From NCBI GenBank assembly GCA_038231275.1, contig JBBRLQ010000012.1, positions 165,389-229,388 on the forward strand: a stretch of DNA of 64,000 bases. The letters are read 5' to 3'. Both the position numbers and the translations under genes were made by a program. Source of the stretch: Polyangiales bacterium (lineage in GTDB: Bacteria > Myxococcota_A > Polyangia > Polyangiales > Polyangiaceae). This document shows, piece after piece, positions 59,759 through 64,000 of the stretch (position 1 is its first letter; each line of letters begins with the position of its first letter). The notes beneath the pieces are model-generated. The model searched no databases. It was not told where the DNA came from and saw only the letters and a list, made by a program, of their open reading frames with translations.

Positions 59759-60685
59759 CTACGACGGGGGCGCCCTCTCGATGATGCGCACGCGCGGGAC
59801 GCCCACCGGCACAAGCGCGAGCGCGGCGTCGCGGTAGCCGGTCGCGCGCGTAGGATCAGCGACCGCGTCGAGCTCGGGCGCGATCTCGACGATGTCGCCG
59901 GGCTCGAGGCGCGCCTCCGCGGACTCGTCGAACGGGATCGGTCCGAGCGGCTCCCCTTCGAACGACTGCGTGTCGACCTGCGCGAGCCACGTCTCCGCGC
60001 TCGGCCGATCGGCGCGCGCGAATCGCTCGCGGTCCCCCTCTAAGTGAAGGCGCCCCGGGGGGACGCGCACGACGCGCCCGTCGTCGAGCGTCACGTCGAA
60101 GCCGCAGGTGCGGGCCTCGCGGAGCATCACGTGGCGCGCGAGCATGCGGAGGTGCGTGAGCTCGGCGCGGTAGGCAAGGCACGACTCGTTCGAGATGGGC
60201 GCGACGAGCTCGGGGGCGCCGCTCACGGCGCCGCGCAGCCCGGCGCCCGCAGCAGGTGGGGTCGGCAGGGCCAGCGCGGCCCCGGTCGCGCGCGGTTCCT
60301 TCATCTTGCGCTGGATGAACTGGGCGATGACCTTGATGAGGAAGTAGAGCGCCACCGCGGCGATGGCCGCGACGATCATCACCGCGATCACCGCGAGGAT
60401 CTCCCCTCCCCCGCCGCCGGAGGGCACGTCGCACCCTCCGCATCCGCCGCAATCGAGCGCCTGCCCCGCGCCGCCGACCCCCGCACCGGTGCCGCCCGCG
60501 CGCGCGATTTCCTTGGCCTTGAGCTCCGCCCCTTCGCCCCAGACGGCGCGCACCAGCGAACGCCGCCCTTTCTGGTTCCCGACGTCGACGACCTTGTGGC
60601 CCTGCCCGCCGTCGCATTCCTCGCCCGCGGCGAAGAGAGACCGGCAGCCCAAACACATGCGGGTTCGTACGGGAAGAGCGAGCAC
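59759..60685 (-). CDS. Membrane protein of unknown function with CxxC motifs
   Basis: CLGC, CGGCGGC, one TM segment; start 60685 or 60658. Confidence 0.6.
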   Translation of the reverse strand: MLALPVRTRMCLGCRSLFAAGEECDGGQGHKVVDVGNQKGRRSLVRAVWGEGAELKAKEIARAGGTGAGVGGAGQALDCGGCGGCDVPSGGGGGEILAVIAVMIVAAIAAVALYFLIKVIAQFIQRKMKEPRATGAALALPTPPAAGAGLRGAVSGAPELVAPISNESCLAYRAELTHLRMLARHVMLREARTCGFDVTLDDGRVVRVPPGRLHLEGDRERFARADRPSAETWLAQVDTQSFEGEPLGPIPFDESAEARLEPGDIVEIAPELDAVADPTRATGYRDAALALVPVGVPRVRIIERAPPS

Positions 60686-60789
60686 TTCGTGATTTTACCC
60701 GACGTGGCCGCGCCGTCCGGAAAAAATCATCGTCGTTTGATTCTTTTTGCGCGGGCGCGCGAAACTTTGAATTTAATGCGTTTCAGTTC

Positions 60790-60818
60790 TTGACCATCTC
60801 GATTTCGAGAGCTACAGA
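60790..60818 (+). promoter_or_regulatory. Candidate sigma70 promoter TTGACC-N17-TACAGA for the tRNA array leader
   Basis: Lies in an unusually AT-rich stretch; spacer carries the palindrome TCTCGA-TT-TCGAGA. Confidence 0.35.
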
Positions 60819-60876
60819 TGAATGACGAGGCGCGCTTGTGCGTCCAAACGAGCGACCACCAACTCAACCAATCGCC

Positions 60877-61044
60877 ATGTTCACCCTCCCCACAACCCGC
60901 ATTTTCTCCAAGACCAGCGCCTGGCGGGTGGGGTTCTTGGGATGCGTCCAGGGTCATGGCGAATGCATTTCCGCGCGGCTCCCCGGTTATCTCTGTCTGG
61001 CCGGCAATACGTTCCCGCTCGATTCGATGAAGGCAGGCCCCTAG
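60877..61044 (+). CDS. Candidate leader peptide (55 aa)
   Basis: ATG 60877 to TAG 61044, followed by a terminator-like hairpin; no recognisable family. Confidence 0.3.
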   Translation: MFTLPTTRIFSKTSAWRVGFLGCVQGHGECISARLPGYLCLAGNTFPLDSMKAGP

Positions 61045-61077
61045 GTGGCTCTCTAGACGTCCCTTTTCAGGACCTCT

Positions 61078-61120
61078 CGAAGGCCGCCCGGGTACCCCCC
61101 GAGGCGGCCTTTCGGCATTT
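61078..61120 (+). terminator. Terminator-like GC-rich hairpin
   Basis: CGAAGGCCGCC...GGCGGCCTTTCG followed by GCATTT. Confidence 0.5.
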
Positions 61121-61160
61121 CAGGATCCCGACGCGAAGCTGAGGGACCCCTCTGAGCTCT

Positions 61161-61247
61161 CCGACTCCGACCCCGACTCCGACTCCGACTCCGACCCCGA
61201 CCCCGACTCCGACCCCGACTCCGACCCCGACCCCGACTCCGACTCCC
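61161..61247. repeat. Non-coding (CCGACY)n hexamer array
   Basis: About 14 tandem units; Pro-Thr frame preceded by a stop at 61140-61142. Confidence 0.85.
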
Positions 61248-61379
61248 GTCCCCCACACGACCCCCCGGGTCACGCGCGCCAAGCCCGTTCGACCAGGCAG
61301 AAGGAGGCTGACTTCAAATGACAAAAACAAACGTGAAAGATGGCCTCCGTTCGACCATCTCAATCACTCGACAAGCCGC

Positions 61380-61452
61380 GGGACGTTGGCTCAATCGGTA
61401 GAGCACCGGGCTTTTAACCCGTGGCATGAGGGTTCGAGTCCCTTGCGTCCCA
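61380..61452 (+). tRNA. tRNA-Lys(TTT)
   Basis: Cloverleaf; loop CTTTTAA; T-loop TTCGAGT. Confidence 0.85.
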
Positions 61453-61474
61453 CCCGCGGATCTCCGATCCGGTC

Positions 61475-61546
61475 GGGTCTGTAGCGTAACGGCAGCGCAC
61501 CCGGCTCTTAACCGGTGAAGCGAGGGTTCGAATCCCTCCAGACCCA
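61475..61546 (+). tRNA. tRNA-Lys(CTT)
   Basis: GGGTCTG/CAGACCC acceptor; loop CTCTTAA. Confidence 0.88.
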
Positions 61547-61572
61547 CTACGCCTCGCGCTGCGAGGCGTCAT

Positions 61573-61645
61573 GGGTCAGGAGTGCTGCGGACAGTCGCGC
61601 GCGCCGACGGCGCTTGCTCCGTAGTTTCGAATCCCTCCAGACCCA
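61573..61645 (+). pseudogene. tRNA-sized degenerate element sharing the 3' end of tRNA-Lys(CTT)
   Basis: GGGTCAG...TTCGAATCCCTCCAGACCCA; no D or anticodon arm. Confidence 0.5.
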
Positions 61646-61686
61646 CAACGCCTCGCCCCGCCCCGGGTGGGCGTGAGACTTCAGAT

Positions 61687-61761
61687 GCCGGGGTCGTCTA
61701 GTGGCGAAGACATTGGGCCCTGACCCCAAGAACGCAGGTTCGACTCCTGTCCCCGGATCCA
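61687..61761 (+). tRNA. tRNA-Gln(CTG)
   Basis: Cloverleaf; loop CCCTGAC; encoded CCA. Confidence 0.85.
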
Positions 61762-61840
61762 TGCGCGGCCCCTGGCCGACGCGAAGACGTACTCGTCTGC
61801 CCGCGCGCTCGATTTCGAGCGCGTGCGCGCGGACACCTTG

Positions 61841-61853
61841 TCCCTTGAAAACT
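61841..61853 (+). promoter_or_regulatory. boxA-like antitermination motif TCCCTTGAAAACT
   Basis: Resembles rrn leader boxA (TCTTTGAAAAC type); preceded by hairpin 61803-61824. Confidence 0.4.
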
Positions 61854-61863
61854 TGGCACCAAC

Positions 61864-61911
61864 GACGGCGGGGCTTCGGTGCCCCCGAGGCCTCGCCGTC
61901 TTTTTTTTTTT
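61864..61911 (+). terminator. Intrinsic terminator inside the tRNA array
   Basis: GACGGCGGGGCTTCGG/CCGAGGCCTCGCCGTC stem followed by T11. Confidence 0.8.
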
Positions 61912-61916
61912 ACGTT

Positions 61917-61987
61917 GCCCTCGCAGCTCGAAGGTCGAGCCCTCGTTTCGTAATCGAGAGGGTCCGGTTCGATTCCGGACGGGGGCT
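61917..61987 (+). tRNA. tRNA-Thr(CGT)
   Basis: Cloverleaf; loop TTCGTAA. Confidence 0.8.
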
Positions 61988-62005
61988 CCGCGCGTTCGCA
62001 CGCTG

Positions 62006-62081
62006 GCCCTCGTCGTCTAGAGGTTCAGGACCCCCGCCTTTCAAGCGGGCAAGACGGGTTCGAGTCCCGTCGAGGGCACCA
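62006..62081 (+). tRNA. tRNA-Glu(TTC)
   Basis: Canonical cloverleaf; loop CTTTCAA; CCA. Confidence 0.92.
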
Positions 62082-62091
62082 GCAACGTCGC

Positions 62092-62164
62092 GGGCTGTGA
62101 GCTAGTCGAGTGATAGCGTCCGCCTGAAGAGCGGAAGAACGTGGTGCGACTCCACGACAGCCCA
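62092..62164 (+). tRNA. tRNA-Phe(GAA)
   Basis: Loop CTGAAGA; T-loop TGCGACT. Confidence 0.8.
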
Positions 62165-62176
62165 CTCTTGTTTTTC

Positions 62177-62314
62177 TCTCGACGCACGCTGGACCATGCT
62201 GCTCGGCCCTGCGAGGCCCTACACGCAAGGATGGTCCCAAAAACCATCGGCTTCGAATGCCGAAACTACGGCTTCGCCACTCGGGCGGCATGGTCCAGCG
62301 TCTGTCGGTCGAGA
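62177..62314 (+). ncRNA. Candidate structured ncRNA with a tRNA-like domain
   Basis: 20-bp closing helix 62186-62205/62282-62301 plus 7-bp outer helix, enclosing hairpins that include a TTCGAAT T-arm. Confidence 0.55.
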
Positions 62315-62315
62315 T

Positions 62316-62387
62316 GCCTCGTGATGCGACCGGCGTCGCAGCTCCACTGTCCATGGAGTGAGACGGGTTCGACTCCCGTACGGGGCG
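62316..62387 (+). tRNA. tRNA-Asp(GTC)
   Basis: Loop CTGTCCA; G73. Confidence 0.82.
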
Positions 62388-62401
62388 CAGCGCGTTTTTC
62401 T

Positions 62402-62472
62402 GGGCCGTAGAGTCATGGAGACCGGCCGAGCCTCCAAAACTCGGAGAGAGGGTTCGATTCCCTCACGGCCCG
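62402..62472 (+). tRNA. tRNA-Trp(CCA)
   Basis: Loop CTCCAAA; G73; short D-arm. Confidence 0.75.
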
Positions 62473-62495
62473 CTGGGCGTCTTTTTGCAACGCGC

Positions 62496-62568
62496 GGGGT
62501 CGAAGCTCAACGAGGAGAGCGCCTGGTCGGCAGCCAGGAGGGTACCGGTGCAAATCCGGTCGACTCCA
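62496..62568 (+). tRNA. tRNA-Ala(GGC)
   Basis: G3.U70; loop TCGGCAG; T-loop TGCAAAT. Confidence 0.82.
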
Positions 62569-62590
62569 CCGCCGCGTCACGCGGCATCGT

Positions 62591-62661
62591 GCGGACATCG
62601 TCCAACAGTAGGGCCTCAGTCTTCCAAACTGACGATGCGGGTGCGACTCCCGCTGTCCGCT
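62591..62661 (+). tRNA. tRNA-Gly(TCC)
   Basis: Loop CTTCCAA; U73; T-loop TGCGACT. Confidence 0.85.
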
Positions 62662-62666
62662 CTCAT

Positions 62667-62740
62667 GGGGCGATAGCTCAATAGGAGAGTACTCCCCTCG
62701 CACGGGATGGATCGGGGTGCAATTCCCCGTCGCTCCACCA
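62667..62740 (+). tRNA. tRNA-Ala(CGC)
   Basis: G3.U70; loop CTCGCAC; CCA. Confidence 0.85.
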
Positions 62741-62741
62741 T

Positions 62742-62810
62742 GAGCCGATTCTCTGACGAGGAGCGCAGTCTGCAAAACCGCGCGCGAGGGTTTGATTCCT
62801 TCTCGGTTCT
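62742..62810 (+). tRNA. tRNA-Cys(GCA)
   Basis: Loop CTGCAAA; U73; short D-arm, T-loop TTTGATT. Confidence 0.7.
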
Positions 62811-62817
62811 CCGCGAT

Positions 62818-62889
62818 GCCTCCGTCGCTCAATGGAAGGGCCGCCGACTTCTAATCGGTTTCATGCAGGTTCGAGTCCTGCCGGGGGTG
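62818..62889 (+). tRNA. tRNA-Arg(TCT)
   Basis: Cloverleaf; loop CTTCTAA. Confidence 0.87.
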
Positions 62890-62894
62890 CTCAC

Positions 62895-62966
62895 GGAGGC
62901 GTAGCTCAGTGGCAGAGCAGTGGCCTGTTAGACCAACGCGCGCAGGTTCGACCCCTGCCGCCTCCG
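62895..62966 (+). tRNA. tRNA-Asn(GTT), weak anticodon stem
   Basis: Good acceptor, D and T arms; loop CTGTTAG; only 3 bp in anticodon stem. Confidence 0.65.
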
Positions 62967-62984
62967 CAAATTTTCTTCGCGCAG

Positions 62985-63058
62985 CCTTTCGTCGTGGCGG
63001 ATCCACGCACGGGTCTACGAAACCCGTTGTCCAGGTTCGACTCCTGGCGGAAGGACCA
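62985..63058 (+). tRNA. tRNA-Arg(ACG)
   Basis: Loop CTACGAA; CCA; short D-loop. Confidence 0.8.
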
Positions 63059-63059
63059 C

Positions 63060-63137
63060 GTCCCCGTCGTCTAGCTGGCCAAGGACCCCGGCCTCTCACG
63101 TCGGAAACGCGGGGTTCGACTCCCCCCGGGGACACCA
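63060..63137 (+). tRNA. tRNA-Glu(CTC)
   Basis: Loop CTCTCAC; CCA. Confidence 0.87.
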
Positions 63138-63143
63138 TCACCT

Positions 63144-63215
63144 GCCCTTGTCCTGCCGGATGCAGGCGCTCGCGTCCGAAGCGAGACGGGCGAGGTTCGA
63201 CTCCTCGCAAGGGCA
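63144..63215 (+). tRNA. tRNA-Arg(CCG)
   Basis: Loop GTCCGAA; perfect acceptor and T stems. Confidence 0.78.
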
Positions 63216-63221
63216 CGATTC

Positions 63222-63294
63222 GCCGTCTAGGCCCAGAGAGCGGGGCCCCTCACTGGTAACGAGGAGATGGAGGGTGCGAGTCCCTCAGACGGCT
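63222..63294 (+). tRNA. tRNA-Thr(GGT)
   Basis: Loop CTGGTAA; T-loop TGCGAGT. Confidence 0.78.
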
Positions 63295-63310
63295 CCGACA
63301 GGTTCATTTC

Positions 63311-63381
63311 GCGGCCATGGTTCAACAGCAGAATGCGAGAGTGCCAATCTCGCGATCCGGGTGCGACTCCCGGTGGCCGCT
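63311..63381 (+). tRNA. tRNA-Gly(GCC)
   Basis: Loop GTGCCAA; U73; T-loop TGCGACT. Confidence 0.82.
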
Positions 63382-63382
63382 C

Positions 63383-63455
63383 CGCGGGGTGGAGTAGAAG
63401 TAAACTCACTTGGCTCATAACCAAGAGACCGCGTGTGCAAATCACGCCCCCGCAA
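63383..63455 (+). tRNA. tRNA-Met(CAT), initiator-like
   Basis: CGCGGGG start with C1.A72 mismatch; loop CTCATAA. Confidence 0.82.
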
Positions 63456-63461
63456 CCGCAT

Positions 63462-63530
63462 CGCTGTGATCCTGGGAGGAAGGCGGGCCTCATAAGCCCG
63501 GCCGAGGTGGTCCGACTCCACCCGCAGCGA
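63462..63530 (+). tRNA. tRNA with CAT anticodon (Met or Ile2), reduced D-arm
   Basis: CGCTGTG/CGCAGCG acceptor; CGGGC-CTCATAA-GCCCG; T-loop TCCGACT. Confidence 0.65.
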
Positions 63531-63536
63531 CGATGC

Positions 63537-63608
63537 TCCGGAGTCGTCCAGCGGCAAGGACACGCGGCTTTGAACCGCCGAACGAGGGTTCGAGTCCCTC
63601 CTCCGGTA
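63537..63608 (+). tRNA. tRNA-Gln(TTG)
   Basis: Loop CTTTGAA; 1-72 mismatch. Confidence 0.83.
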
Positions 63609-63624
63609 CTTGGGTGCACGACTC

Positions 63625-63697
63625 GCGGAGCTCGTCGTCTGGTGATGGCACCTGTTTCACACGCAGGCCCAGGAGAGTTCGATCCTCTCGCTCCGCA
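63625..63697 (+). tRNA. tRNA-Val(CAC)
   Basis: Loop TTCACAC; A73. Confidence 0.78.
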
Positions 63698-63705
63698 CTG
63701 GCCTC

Positions 63706-63781
63706 GGGTCATGACGGGATGGTTGCCCTGAGCTCTCTGATACGGAGCTCGCGCTGCGTTCGATTCGCAGATGACCCACCA
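63706..63781 (+). tRNA. tRNA-Ile(GAT)
   Basis: Loop CTGATAC; extended anticodon stem; CCA. Confidence 0.78.
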
Positions 63782-63804
63782 CACGAAGCGAAAGAAGAAA
63801 CTCT

Positions 63805-63860
63805 CTGGGCGTAGCTTAGCCTGGCAAAAGCGCCGCGTTCGGGACGCGGAGACCGCAGGT
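63805..63860 (+). pseudogene. 5' part of tRNA-Pro(CGG), interrupted at the T-arm
   Basis: Acceptor 5' strand, D-arm, CCGCG-TTCGGGA-CGCGG and GCAGG present; 3' T-stem and acceptor strand absent. Confidence 0.75.
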
Positions 63861-64000
63861 GCGCGCGTCGCCGGATGCCGATCGGACAAAACGGCGCATC
63901 GCGATCACACAAAACGGCGGATGCCGATCGCACAAAACGGCGCATCGCGATCACCCCCTGAGGTGACGCGCTCCCGGGGTCTCGCGCCCACACCGCCTAA
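63860..64000. mobile_element. Probable end of an IS21-family insertion sequence
   Basis: Starts TG; 23-bp tandem units at 63872, 63895, 63918 and 63941 (GATGCCGATC/CATCGCGATC...ACAAAACGG); no transposase inside the window. Confidence 0.5.

Noticed and set aside
63859..63870. GTGCG as a group II intron 5' end in tRNA-Pro
   Set aside because: The following tandem repeats fit an IS end better; no intron structure or RT is visible, though the window ends here
63872..63954. 23-bp repeats as a CRISPR array
   Set aside because: Units are contiguous with no unique spacers, and no cas genes are present
61300..64000. Short ORFs across the tRNA array
   Set aside because: They overlap clear tRNA cloverleaves and have no protein motifs

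Overview
GC-rich bacterial DNA with a gene content typical of Myxococcota (Polyangiaceae-like; inferred from five Hanks Ser/Thr kinases, an FHA-sigma54 activator and many Cys-rich lipoproteins). About 50 CDS span 1-60.7 kb. They include a REC-EAL regulator, a mycobacterial Sdh1-like succinate dehydrogenase operon, a stand-alone EF-G, Kup, an ECF sigma module, a kinase/FHA-sigma54 module, an ada-alkA/ogt/fpg repair cluster, an ATP-dependent ligase, a kinase-cytochrome c-cytochrome c-CxxCH porin operon facing chaN, prsW, a beta-CASP nuclease, amt, agmatinase and two-component genes (one a pseudokinase). The last 3.3 kb is non-coding: a dense array of 24 apparently complete, often non-canonical tRNA genes plus one interrupted tRNA-Pro. 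The array also carries a candidate leader-peptide/terminator, an internal boxA-like motif plus terminator, a tRNA-sized pseudo-element, a 138-nt tRNA-mimic ncRNA candidate and an IS21-like end. All calls were made by eye from sequence and motifs; no searches were run.
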